Counted from the stretch's first letter, positions 37,220 through 46,834 are shown. The stretch: 64,000 bases of DNA from a virus (IMGVR_UViG_2902759955_000002:1-64000), one strand, 5' to 3'. The notes: generated by a model from the sequence alone, not told the origin. Translations and numbers: made by a program.

Positions 37220-37522
37220 GCGATCTCGGTGAAAGATGCAGGTGGTTTGGTATAGGCGCGCGCAGGTGCTCATACCAAACCCACCGCAAGGTTGGGTTGG
37301 CTCCAAAGGCGCCGCCTCCCGTAGGATCCTGGGCGCTGGAGTAGAGAAGGGTGGTGCTCACTGAACCGTAATCGCGTGCGATGCAGAGCCTATCCCTCCC
37401 TCGGGAGTCAGACTCAGTAACCCTTGATCTCATGGAACCAGGTCGGCTGATCAGGGCCGCAGCTGGAACTCAAGTCTTTCTCAGGTCAGATCGCTTTGAT
37501 TGACGCCATTAGTAAAGGGCGT
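37220..37522 (-). promoter_or_regulatory. Candidate structured leader / cis-regulatory RNA
   Basis: Long-range closing helices enclosing several hairpins; adjoins the start codon. Confidence 0.5.
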
Positions 37523-37537
37523 GCTCGATGTCTTATG

Positions 37538-37735
37538 TCAGTAGAGGGGTCTGGATAGCGGACTCGTCTGTCCCATTTGCTCATGTAAGACCATCCAGAC
37601 GTGCGATCCATACCGTATCCTCTTTACGGCGGTATCCACGTCCGGGTGTGCAGATGGGTCTGGGACCAGCAGGTGCGCCTGCACATCGCGCACCGCTGTT
37701 GACGAGTATTCGACCTTGAGCAGGGTCCAATGCAT
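37538..37735 (-). CDS. Small hypothetical protein (start uncertain)
   Basis: ORF just downstream of phuZ. Confidence 0.35.
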   Translation of the reverse strand: MHWTLLKVEYSSTAVRDVQAHLLVPDPSAHPDVDTAVKRIRYGSHVWMVLHEQMGQTSPLSRPLY

Positions 37736-37775
37736 GGGCGGATCAAACAGCCGCTGCAGGAACCCTACCCACCGC

Positions 37776-38792
37776 TTAAAGAACCAGACCCGAGTCGGTG
37801 GCTTGATCGGCACTGGTCGAGATGCTCTGACGACGCAGACGCGCCGCACCTTGTTCTTCCATCTCGCGCAGCACGCCGTTCAGATGCGAGGACACGTCGC
37901 CGAAGACGCCATCGGAGATGACGTAGTGGAACGGGGCCTGCACCTCCAGACGGTCTGCACCGTTGCCATCCAGATAGCCCACGAACTGCACTTCCGGGCG
38001 CACCGGCAGCGTCGGGTCGCTGCCCTGATTGGTCAGCGTCGCGATACTGATCAGATTGCCCAGCATCGTGAGGCTCGTCGGGCTGATCTTCTCGATCAGC
38101 GTCAGCGATGCGAGCGACGGACGGTGCGACGTGATCTTCTGGAAGTGGACCCAGTTGTACAGGTCTTTCGAATCGAGCTCACGGTTCTGACGTGAGTAGA
38201 GCACGCACAGGGCCGAGACGAGGCTTTCAATGCGCTGGTCGACAACCGCACGAGTCATCTCTGCGCTGTTTTGCAGATAGGACACCACGACCGGCTGCTC
38301 GCGCACGGTTGCGATCTTCTCGTACGACTTGATCGTGTTCAGCGTGTTCTCGGTGAACTTCTTCGTACTGTCGTCGCCCACGAGGATCGCCACTGCGGAA
38401 CCATCGCGCGCGAGGATTTCCGAGAGGATCGACGGTGCGATCACCGAGCCGGAGCCGCCACTGCCAGTGGACAGGACGATGTTCAGATCCGTCGGCTTGA
38501 ACTTCAGCAGGATGTCCGGCACGCGGGCTGCGATGTCCGCATGGTTCGCACGACGTTCCTGACCGGAGCCGTCCTTCTGTTCGCCGTTTGCACTCTCGAT
38601 GAGATAGGTGCTTTCGGTATCGATCGCAGCATGCAGGTTCGATTTCGACGTGTCGATACAGACCACGCGCAATTCTGCAAACGCCGGATTCGCATCGGCA
38701 GCGAGGCGTGCGACCTTGTGTCCGATGTTGATACCACCGCCACCACATGCGTAGACCGTCACACGGCCGCGTTCACGGATATGCGTTGTCAT
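37776..38792 (-). CDS. phuZ: PhuZ phage tubulin
   Basis: CGGGGINIG, IDTS, DGSG..R, tubulin signature TGSGGSGS, C-terminal DSGLVL. Confidence 0.95.
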   Translation of the reverse strand: MTTHIRERGRVTVYACGGGGINIGHKVARLAADANPAFAELRVVCIDTSKSNLHAAIDTESTYLIESANGEQKDGSGQERRANHADIAARVPDILLKFKPTDLNIVLSTGSGGSGSVIAPSILSEILARDGSAVAILVGDDSTKKFTENTLNTIKSYEKIATVREQPVVVSYLQNSAEMTRAVVDQRIESLVSALCVLYSRQNRELDSKDLYNWVHFQKITSHRPSLASLTLIEKISPTSLTMLGNLISIATLTNQGSDPTLPVRPEVQFVGYLDGNGADRLEVQAPFHYVISDGVFGDVSSHLNGVLREMEEQGAARLRRQSISTSADQATDSGLVL

Positions 38793-38922
38793 GTTTTGTT
38801 TTCCTTGATTATTGAAGTACAGCTGGGGTGAATCCCTTCATACAAGACGAAGGGTGGATAAAAAAAGAACAATGAGTCGGTCTATTAGGGAAATCGTTTG
38901 ATACGGCGTACTTATCTACAGC

Positions 38923-38940
38923 AGTGATATATCGCCGACT
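38923..38940 (-). promoter_or_regulatory. Putative early promoter of phuZ
   Basis: Minus strand AGTCGGCGATATATCACT. Confidence 0.7.
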
Positions 38941-38964
38941 TTCTTTTACTTCCCGAGGTAGGCC

Positions 38965-39768
38965 ATGTCTCCGATTTCGAAAGCCCTCTTTGAGATGAGC
39001 CGGCGCATCCCACCGGAGGTTCTGCAAACGGTCTTTGTGAAGCGTCTTGAACGCTGGCGCGATACGCCCAAGAGCATCGAGGAACAGATCCTGAGTCTGG
39101 TGATTCGTCCGCGGGTGCTACCCGACTGTGATCTCGTGGGTGGCACGCAGATCTGGGTGAATCTCGACGGCTGTCGCATCGGCGGCAGTGACGTCTACGA
39201 GACGATCTTCCGCATCCCCAAGCAGCGCACGAATGGTCGCTCGATCATGTCGGTGCTGGAGGTCTGCTTCACGGACCCGTCCCGGATCTCAGCAGCCGGA
39301 ATAGCAGCGAACGGACAAAACAACATGATGTTGCAGGGCGGGCAGGCTGTCATGGATGCGATGGGGATGATTCCCCAGACGTCGACTGCACGGATCGAAC
39401 TCATCGCGGAAAATACGGTGCTGGTGCGTGACGTGATGACGATGCCGGCGAACTCGTATCTGCGGTGCACGGTGGCGAACGACGAGAACCTGAACAACAT
39501 CCAGTTGCGCAGCTATCACAAGTTCGTCAAGTTGGTGGAGTGGGCTGTGAAGTCCTACATCTACAACTTCTACATCGTTGACTTGGATGTCGGGGAACTG
39601 CGCGGCGGTCAGCAACTGGGCCGGATCAAGGAGATCATCGACACATATGCGGATGCCGAAGCGTCGTATGAAGATTTCCTCGAGCAAAAATGGAGAAAGG
39701 TCGCGTTCATGAACGACGACACTTCCTACAATCGCTACCTCCGCAGGATGATCGGCGGAAACCGATAA
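38965..39768 (+). CDS. Conserved phiKZ-like (probably structural) protein
   Basis: 267 aa, GAGGT RBS, divergent from phuZ. Confidence 0.65.
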   Translation: MSPISKALFEMSRRIPPEVLQTVFVKRLERWRDTPKSIEEQILSLVIRPRVLPDCDLVGGTQIWVNLDGCRIGGSDVYETIFRIPKQRTNGRSIMSVLEVCFTDPSRISAAGIAANGQNNMMLQGGQAVMDAMGMIPQTSTARIELIAENTVLVRDVMTMPANSYLRCTVANDENLNNIQLRSYHKFVKLVEWAVKSYIYNFYIVDLDVGELRGGQQLGRIKEIIDTYADAEASYEDFLEQKWRKVAFMNDDTSYNRYLRRMIGGNR

Positions 39769-39774
39769 AGACGG

Positions 39775-39810
39775 ACATAGAGGCCAGGGCGCAGGCCCTG
39801 GCTTTTATGC
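39775..39810. terminator. Terminator between convergent genes
   Basis: GCCAGGGC-GCAG-GCCCTGGC-TTTTATGC. Confidence 0.8.
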
Positions 39811-39827
39811 TGTCAGCTTATGGCGCG

Positions 39828-41528
39828 TTACGCCGCATGCTCGACCATGAGCTGGACGCGCCGTACGCCGTTCCATTCATCGCTTGCGAGGCGATAGACG
39901 ACGGTGACGTGGTGCGGCAAGAGTTCCGCATGATTGAACCAGATGGCGTTGAAGCGCTCCCCGTCGCGCACAAGCTGTAACTTCAAATGCTTGTCCTTGA
40001 TGAGCGATTGCGAGGCCACGACAAAATCACTGGAGAAGGTGGGTGGTGGGAAGCCTTGCCCCCACACCCGTTCCTCCAGCATGCCGATGAACTCAGGCGT
40101 GAAATACCCGCTCTCCAAGTCCCCATCCGTCTCCATGCTTCGCGACAGGATCTCGGGCGTGAGCCATTCTCGACCAACGGCTTCAAAGGCAGCCTTGAAC
40201 CGCGGGAGGTCCGCACTTGCGATTGTGAGACCGGCCGCCATCGCGTGTCCGCCGAACTTCTGAAGCAGGCCCGGCTCACGCTTGGAGACGAGATCAAGCG
40301 CATCGCGAAGATGAAAGCCCGGAATGGAGCGCCCCGATCCTTTACAGACCGTGCCGTGTTCGTCACCGCTTGCAAAGGTAATGGACGGACGATGAAACTT
40401 CTCCTTCAGCCGCCCCGCCACAATGCCAATGACGCCCTGATGCCACGAGGAGTCATAGAGCACCACCGTGGCACGATCCGCACAGTCGACCGAGTCCAGT
40501 GCGTCCATTGCTTGTTGCTGCATACCGGCCTCGATGTCGCGCCGCGCCCGGTTCATGCTGTCCAGTTGCTGGGCGAGTTCATACGCGCGTCCGACGTCAT
40601 CGGTGGTCAGACATTCGATACCAAGGGACATGTCGGACAGCCGACCCGCTGCGTTGAGTCGAGGCCCCAAGCCGAAGCCGAGGTCCTGGCTTGTCGCCAC
40701 GTTCGCTTTTCTCGCCGCGGCGTGAAAGAGGGCAGCAATACCTGGCTGCATCTGTCCGGAACGGATGCGACTGAGCCCCTGCATCACGAGTATGCGGTTG
40801 TTCTGATCGAGCTTCACCACATCGGCAATGGTCCCCAGTGCGACCAGATCCAATAGCGAATCTAAACGCGGCTCCGGCTGCTCGCGATAGGTCCCGCGCG
40901 TCCGTAGCTCCGCCCGTAACGCCAGGAGGACGTAGAACATGACCCCCACGCCGGCCATGCATTTGCTTGGGAAGTCGCAGCCAGGCTGGTTCGGATTCAC
41001 GATGGCGCTTGCCAGCGGCAGGACATCGCCGGGTAGATGGTGGTCGGTGACGACCACATCGATGCCGAGTGCATTTGCTGCCGCCACGCCGTCAACACTT
41101 GCGATGCCGTTGTCGACGGTGACCAGCATATCCGGCAGGCAATCCGATTGACGTGCTGCCAGTGCAACAATCTCAGGCGTCAGGCCGTACCCATATTCGA
41201 AGCGGTTCGGGACGAGATAGCTGACGTTGGCGCCGAGCATGCGCAAACCGCGAACGGCCACGGCACACGCGGTTGCGCCGTCACAGTCGTAATCGGCGAT
41301 CACGAGCATGCGCTTGCCGGCTGTGATGCCGTCAGCCAGGACGCTTGCCGCTTGTCCCATCCCTTTAAGCAGTGAAGGGGCAAGGAGCGCCTTGAGCCCC
41401 GTGTCACATTCGGTTGAGGACAGGACGCCGCGTGAGGCGAAAAGGCGAGCGAGGACAGGATGCAAGCCCCCGGCCGCGAGGTTGGCTGCTGCGACGGGAT
41501 CCACGGGACGTGGCGTGATTTGCGTCAT
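39828..41528 (-). CDS. recJ: Single-stranded-DNA exonuclease RecJ
   Basis: DYDCDG, PNRFEYGYG, VDNG, TDHH, DLVALGTIADVV, PRLNAAGR, GSGRS, FGGHAMAAG. Confidence 0.97.
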   Translation of the reverse strand: MTQITPRPVDPVAAANLAAGGLHPVLARLFASRGVLSSTECDTGLKALLAPSLLKGMGQAASVLADGITAGKRMLVIADYDCDGATACAVAVRGLRMLGANVSYLVPNRFEYGYGLTPEIVALAARQSDCLPDMLVTVDNGIASVDGVAAANALGIDVVVTDHHLPGDVLPLASAIVNPNQPGCDFPSKCMAGVGVMFYVLLALRAELRTRGTYREQPEPRLDSLLDLVALGTIADVVKLDQNNRILVMQGLSRIRSGQMQPGIAALFHAAARKANVATSQDLGFGLGPRLNAAGRLSDMSLGIECLTTDDVGRAYELAQQLDSMNRARRDIEAGMQQQAMDALDSVDCADRATVVLYDSSWHQGVIGIVAGRLKEKFHRPSITFASGDEHGTVCKGSGRSIPGFHLRDALDLVSKREPGLLQKFGGHAMAAGLTIASADLPRFKAAFEAVGREWLTPEILSRSMETDGDLESGYFTPEFIGMLEERVWGQGFPPPTFSSDFVVASQSLIKDKHLKLQLVRDGERFNAIWFNHAELLPHHVTVVYRLASDEWNGVRRVQLMVEHAA

Positions 41529-41529
41529 G

Positions 41530-42060
41530 TCAACCCCATCGGGCGCTACCGCACCTGTCATTCCAGCCTTCGCGCATCTGGTGCGCTGCGATCTCCAGCG
41601 GAACACGCCCGGATAAGGTTCCCAGACCCGGGCACAACACGGTCTTGAACCCGTAGCTGATCGCGCGCTGCATCGCCGCGCGCATCGCCAGATACGGATT
41701 GCGCGTGCCTGCTGGCAGCGGACCCGGCAGGCGCATGGTAGGCGCAGAGATCAGCCACTGGATATTCGGGTGGACCGTGCGCAATGTGATCGCGTCACCA
41801 ACCGGTAGCTCGCCGTTACTATCGTTGGCGATGAGATCGATCAGGCGCGTCTCGAGCGCATAGCCAAAGAACGTGCGGTACGCCTTGTCGATCCCGCCCG
41901 TCATCCAGCCGAAGCTATTGGCAGGCGAGACAATGGCATCGGCCTGAAAGCTCAGGATGTCCGCCACGCGGCATTCGACCTGCGTTTCCGGGACATCGCG
42001 AAACGCCACCTTGAGGTGACAGATCAGTTCTTCGTTTTTGTCACAGAGGATCAGCTTCAT
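41530..42060 (-). CDS. Macrodomain (ADP-ribose hydrolase-like) protein
   Basis: DAIVSPANSFGWMTGGID, SAPTM, PGLGT..G. Confidence 0.92.
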   Translation of the reverse strand: MKLILCDKNEELICHLKVAFRDVPETQVECRVADILSFQADAIVSPANSFGWMTGGIDKAYRTFFGYALETRLIDLIANDSNGELPVGDAITLRTVHPNIQWLISAPTMRLPGPLPAGTRNPYLAMRAAMQRAISYGFKTVLCPGLGTLSGRVPLEIAAHQMREGWNDRCGSARWG

Positions 42061-42755
42061 TGGGGGTTCCCTCCGAGGAAGTGTGGAATCCAGCCTTTAT
42101 CGGACGCATCGCGCAATGCGCTGTGCAGTTCAATGAGACGGCGCCCGAAGTTGATTTGCACCGACTCGTCGCCGTGCGAGAAGAGATGCCGCATCGGGTC
42201 GCCAAAGAGAGCATGGAGGCGGTCCAGATCGAATCGGAACTCTCTCGTACTCAGATTGCTCCCCGTGACGAATCGGACCAGCGCGTCATCAGGGGTCATC
42301 AACGAGAAAACCCCGACGCCGTTCTTTTCTCGGCGCTGAATTAACACGACGGGGCCGATCATCGTCTTCAACCCGATGGCGCGCATGCCATCCGGTTGCT
42401 CGAACTTGAAGTACCGGTCGTAGGTGAACACCGCACGCTCGATGAGCCGGGCAAATTCGGGATAAGACGTTGTGTCATTCAGGATGATCGGCTCGTCCGT
42501 TTCCGGCACGGTCCGGATGACCTCCCACCATTGCTCGAAGTAACGGGCAAAGTGGATGCTGCCGGGCGTGGCCCACGGTTGGTCGCCCCGGAACGCCTCG
42601 ACCCGTTGCTCGATCGCCGCGATGTCGAACTCTCGGGTGACCGTGTTGGTTTCAGTGATCGTCACGCGCGACGGCGCTGTCTTCTTTGCCGCACCGCGCG
42701 TTGTCCGTTTAGCGGCGGGGGCCTTTTTGGCTGCGACTTTCTTTTGCTCAGTCAT
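42057..42755 (-). CDS. Hypothetical protein with K/A-rich histone-like N-terminus
   Basis: KKVAAKKAPAAKR; shares a domain with 43206-44300. Confidence 0.65.
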   Translation of the reverse strand: MTEQKKVAAKKAPAAKRTTRGAAKKTAPSRVTITETNTVTREFDIAAIEQRVEAFRGDQPWATPGSIHFARYFEQWWEVIRTVPETDEPIILNDTTSYPEFARLIERAVFTYDRYFKFEQPDGMRAIGLKTMIGPVVLIQRREKNGVGVFSLMTPDDALVRFVTGSNLSTREFRFDLDRLHALFGDPMRHLFSHGDESVQINFGRRLIELHSALRDASDKGWIPHFLGGNPQ

Positions 42756-43209
42756 GGTGGCTATTTGCTTGGTTGAAGACGTACTCGAGCTTCCCTCGCC
42801 GGTACAGATGCTTGCTCACTTGGGATAGATCAAATCCGTACCTATTGATAAAGGGTGCGCTGTAAGAATGAAACATCTCCTCACAGACGGTGCAGTGCGG
42901 CTTGTCGTGATCCAGCTCGCGTAACATACGGTCCACCAGTCGCAGGCCAATACCACGGCTCTGGTAGGGCGGGGCCACACGGATGCAGCGCAGCTTGGTT
43001 TCCCCGTCGCGCGCCTTCCCTAGGCCGACGCCGATGAGCTGGTGGTGCGCTTCCGCCACGACCAGCACGTCATTTCCCGTGACGATCCCCGGCATGCACT
43101 GGTTCACGTACCAGTACTCGAATTCGGGGTAGTAGACGCTGAGCGAATCGAGCAGGGTTTTTGCACGCACCGCATCCACGAAGGCATGGCTGCGGCGAAA
43201 CGTGATCAT
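42748..43209 (-). CDS. GNAT-family acetyltransferase
   Basis: KLRCIRVAPPYQSRGIG (acetyl-CoA-binding QxxGxG). Confidence 0.85.
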   Translation of the reverse strand: MITFRRSHAFVDAVRAKTLLDSLSVYYPEFEYWYVNQCMPGIVTGNDVLVVAEAHHQLIGVGLGKARDGETKLRCIRVAPPYQSRGIGLRLVDRMLRELDHDKPHCTVCEEMFHSYSAPFINRYGFDLSQVSKHLYRRGKLEYVFNQANSHHD

Positions 43210-44300
43210 GCGGTAGGTGCCTGATGTGCCCACCAGCCGTCCCTGACGTCTGCGGGACGTTCATGCGCCGCAGGCTTCGGACCCCACACTTTCCGACCAC
43301 CGCGCATGCCGGCGTCGAAGATTTCCTGCTCGGTCGGTGCGCGACCATTGGCAACGACGAATGCGCCACGGAAGCCACCGTACGTGGCAGGCGTCACGAG
43401 CATGGGCGAGCGCTGTGAGCGATGCGCTTGCTGCTCTTCATAGAACGCGAAGACCTTCGAGAGCCGCACATGCAGGTTCTGGCTGTTGTGGTCATCGTGT
43501 CCCGGGCGACGTGTGTAGCCAAAGATGTCCAGATAGGTTCCCAGATCCGGACGGCCGTTCTGGTTGAACCGCACCATGCCGGTGCCCCGGATCGGATCGG
43601 GCATCTGAAGCCGGTAGCTGGTCACGCCGATCTTCAGCGTCGGATGGACTTCCTTCGGGACATCCACATCCTGCGGCGTTTCATAGATCACGACCGGGCC
43701 CACCTGCGTACCCAACGCAATCATCCGGTTGCCGTCTGGAAATTGACCGCGGATGTACACACCCGGTTCCAGCCAGTAAGGTAGGTCGTCCGGCTCACGG
43801 ATATCGATATCTCCATTTGCCTTGTGCTGCAGTGGCTCGGTGATCTCGTTGCGGATCTCACGCCACTTCGATTCAAACCACGACACATATGGCGTGAGCT
43901 GGTCGCGCAACTGGCTTGGCATCGTGCGCAGTGCATCCCAGCGCGTGTGGCCGACACGCTTGAGCTTCCACTTTTCCTGAGCAGCCCGCACCTTCTCGGC
44001 GTATTCCGCCTGACGTTTCACCAGCCGTTTTGCCGTCTTGCCGATGTGATGTTGAAAGAACGCACGGGCCCATACCAGATCTTTCGGAAGAACATACATC
44101 TGCGCCACGGTGCAGGTGTGGGTGTACTGGTTCAGTGCGCCGTCCGAGACGCCGTTACCCAGCTTGTGGTCCTTACTGACCATCAGCCCTGACTTCGAGC
44201 GATAGAAGGTCGTCAAGATCTCGTGGATAGATTCCTGGCCAAAGGCATGGCGCAGGATCACGATGTCATTTGCGAATGTCTTTACGGGTTCGTTGCTCAT
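43206..44300 (-). CDS. Hypothetical protein
   Basis: 364-aa coupled ORF. Confidence 0.7.
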   Translation of the reverse strand: MSNEPVKTFANDIVILRHAFGQESIHEILTTFYRSKSGLMVSKDHKLGNGVSDGALNQYTHTCTVAQMYVLPKDLVWARAFFQHHIGKTAKRLVKRQAEYAEKVRAAQEKWKLKRVGHTRWDALRTMPSQLRDQLTPYVSWFESKWREIRNEITEPLQHKANGDIDIREPDDLPYWLEPGVYIRGQFPDGNRMIALGTQVGPVVIYETPQDVDVPKEVHPTLKIGVTSYRLQMPDPIRGTGMVRFNQNGRPDLGTYLDIFGYTRRPGHDDHNSQNLHVRLSKVFAFYEEQQAHRSQRSPMLVTPATYGGFRGAFVVANGRAPTEQEIFDAGMRGGRKVWGPKPAAHERPADVRDGWWAHQAPTA

Positions 44301-44851
44301 ACTGCACCTTCCTTTTTCTTGCCGAGTTTGTTTTTCTCGAGCACGCTTTCAATACGCATGATCAGGTCGTCGGGCGTCCTGTGCTGGTATTCCTCGTTGT
44401 GTGCTTTGAGATGATCGAGTGCTTCTGCGAGCAGCAGGCCAAGACCCTGCACGGCTTTACCTGCCAGCGTCTCTTCGAGGTGGGCTTCCACACGCTCACC
44501 CGTACTCACGATCTCGGGAAGCGTATTGGGTGGCGAGGCGAGAGGGCGATGCAGGAACGTCTTCTCATGCTTCTCGTAGACGGCATTCGTCACGTCGGAC
44601 ACAGAGAGCAGGATGTGTTCGGTCGAGGAGCCCACAGCCGGCTTCCAGTGGTCGGTGGCGGCTTCGCCCTCCGGCACGAGGTAGCAGATGTCCGACAGAA
44701 CGGGCAAACGCTTGTCGCCCTGTTCCGGCATCAGGAACATCTTGGCTTTGACATTCACGAAGCCCGCGGTACGCAGCGCTTCGGCGATAAGCGCCTGCAC
44801 GAACATCTTCGTCATGATGTCGTGGCTGTTGATCTGAATCCGTGTTGCCAT
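44297..44851 (-). CDS. Hypothetical protein
   Basis: GAGG RBS, coupled to the next gene. Confidence 0.65.
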   Translation of the reverse strand: MATRIQINSHDIMTKMFVQALIAEALRTAGFVNVKAKMFLMPEQGDKRLPVLSDICYLVPEGEAATDHWKPAVGSSTEHILLSVSDVTNAVYEKHEKTFLHRPLASPPNTLPEIVSTGERVEAHLEETLAGKAVQGLGLLLAEALDHLKAHNEEYQHRTPDDLIMRIESVLEKNKLGKKKEGAV

Positions 44852-44977
44852 GGCTGCGGCCTCGGTATGCTTTTTGATTGGAGTAGTGATGCACCATACC
44901 CTTGGCCTTCGCGATAAAACTTGCCCGGCTAATGAAAAAAAAAAGAGAGCCGCTCGGCTCCCTCTTGATCACAGCGA

Positions 44978-45211
44978 CTACGACTGCTCGTCACCAGCGT
45001 CCGCGTCCAACCGATGCGCGAGTTCTTTCCCGAGAGTTTTGAGTTTGCGCTCTGTTCGATTGATGCCGCGAGTCGTTGCCGTTATCAACCTAGCGACCTC
45101 TGCAGCGTCTTCATCGACTACCTTCTTCAACTCGTCCATCTGCTTCTCGTAAGTTCTCTTTACGGTGGCTGTGCGATTAATGTCGCTTTTGATTTCGTCT
45201 TGGCTACGCAT
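44978..45211 (-). CDS. Small coiled-coil early protein
   Basis: AGGAG RBS and early promoter motif upstream. Confidence 0.6.
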   Translation of the reverse strand: MRSQDEIKSDINRTATVKRTYEKQMDELKKVVDEDAAEVARLITATTRGINRTERKLKTLGKELAHRLDADAGDEQS

Positions 45212-45236
45212 GGTCACTCCTGTGGATTGGTAAGAG

Positions 45237-45254
45237 AGTGATATGTGTCTGAAA
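45237..45254 (-). promoter_or_regulatory. Putative early promoter
   Basis: Minus strand TTTCAGACACATATCACT. Confidence 0.65.
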
Positions 45255-45895
45255 CGGCATAAAGGCAGGCTTTCGGCCTGCTCAGAAAAGAAAATGAACG
45301 ATTTCGTGGCCCGCCAATTAATTAGTCTCGGATCTCGTAAAAGGCACCTCCGGTGCCTTTTACTCGCTCCTCGCCTACCAACCCCAGGGGTCGATATGCT
45401 AGGTTCGCAGGGGGTTTAAATTGAAGGTCTGACCGACCTCTTCATATCTATAGTTTCAGTGGGCAAAAAATACTTCGAGTAAGCATGGTGGCTTGCAGCC
45501 ATTGAACAGTCTGAGCAGCGTGGCTGCTCAGAGAGGAAAGAGCCAACCGCTCAGGGTGTTCTTTTAAAGTTTTTTGTCGGTACTTAGGCTAGGGGTCTGG
45601 GGTCCCCTAGCCAGTGTGCTGTGGGCAAAGCCGAAGGCATAACGGCAGACAGGCAGCACACAGACCACACCACCAGATCGAACTACCAAAGGGACAAAGA
45701 CTTTCTTAAAAACCCAATAAAAGGGGCGCGGAGGGCGGCTGGCGGGCGCGGCAGGGGCGGGCAGGTAGCGAAGGGTGGGCGAGGGGCGGCAGCGGCTGGA
45801 AGGGGCGGATTTCCGAATCGGTGATTCGGATAGTTCTAATCCTGTGTTCCGCGTGCTCCGCGCACGCCACCTCATTTCTGTCATGGAAGCCAACG

Positions 45896-46471
45896 ATGCC
45901 TTCACTCCTGAAAGTCGCCCTCGAAGGCGATAGCGCCGAACCGTTTGCCAGCACCTCCTCCGATGCCACCGATAAGGACATGGTCGAACTGAAGGGGCCA
46001 CTCGCCGATGTCTTCACGCAAGTGCTCGCCAAGGAATACGCCCGTGCTGATCCAGCAGCCGCGCCGGCGACTGAAGGCGTTGCCACCGAGTCGCAAGCCA
46101 ATGACGCTCTGGCTGTCTCGGAACTGATGGACAACATCCAGCTCGCCAATGACACGACGCCTGCGGGCGACGGGGCACTCACCGTGTACGGCGTGGCCGC
46201 CGCGGATGTGAAGCCGGAGCACATCGTCGAAGTGAGCCAGGACTTGGCCAACCGGGATGCGGACGACATGGAAGACTTCATCCTCGTCATGGATGCGACC
46301 CAGCCGTCGGTGAACAGTCCCGAGTCGAGCAATGCTGAGCCGCGCTTCGAAAAGCTGGGCGAGGCGTTGGAGTCGCTCGTCGACGCGTACGGTGGTCACG
46401 TCTTTCACAGTCTCGAAGGGTTTGCGAAAGCGTACTTGGAAGACAAACGTGCCGGGCAAGGAAAGGAGTAA
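45896..46471 (+). CDS. Acidic probable head protein with prohead-protease-type sites
   Basis: ALE, ATE, ALE and SLE motifs match the phiKZ gp175 S/A/G-X-E cleavage consensus. Confidence 0.6.
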   Translation: MPSLLKVALEGDSAEPFASTSSDATDKDMVELKGPLADVFTQVLAKEYARADPAAAPATEGVATESQANDALAVSELMDNIQLANDTTPAGDGALTVYGVAAADVKPEHIVEVSQDLANRDADDMEDFILVMDATQPSVNSPESSNAEPRFEKLGEALESLVDAYGGHVFHSLEGFAKAYLEDKRAGQGKE

Positions 46472-46474
46472 GTC

Positions 46475-46795
46475 ATGAGCGTCGACGAGAAAATCCTGGA
46501 GGCGCGCCTACGCGAGCTACAGCTCACTGCCCCGCGCAATAAGCCGGCGGACATTGACGCCGTGATCAAGGGGACGACCTACACCGTCTTGCCGAGCAAG
46601 AAGGTCATGGTCTGCGAGATCACGCTCTTCAACGGCTTCACCGTGCACGGTTTCTCCTACGCGGTGTGTCCGGAGAACTTCAACGAAGAGATTGGTCGCG
46701 AAGTGTCCTTCAAGGATGCCCGCGAGAAGATCTGGCAGATCGCAGGTTTCATGCTCCAGCAGCGTCTCTATCAGGAAGCGCTACGGACCGCCTAA
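46475..46795 (+). CDS. N4 gp49 / Sf6 gp66 family protein (Acb4-like nucleotide sponge candidate)
   Basis: VCEITLFNGFTVHG.S.AV.PENFNEEIG......A..KIW...GF.L. Confidence 0.8.
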   Translation: MSVDEKILEARLRELQLTAPRNKPADIDAVIKGTTYTVLPSKKVMVCEITLFNGFTVHGFSYAVCPENFNEEIGREVSFKDAREKIWQIAGFMLQQRLYQEALRTA

Positions 46796-46805
46796 CGCTA
46801 TCTTC

Positions 46806-46834
46806 GGCACCGGTTTCGGCCGGTGCCGCTATGC
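46806..46834. terminator. GC hairpin terminator
   Basis: CGGCACCGG-TTTCGG-CCGGTGCCG. Confidence 0.6.
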
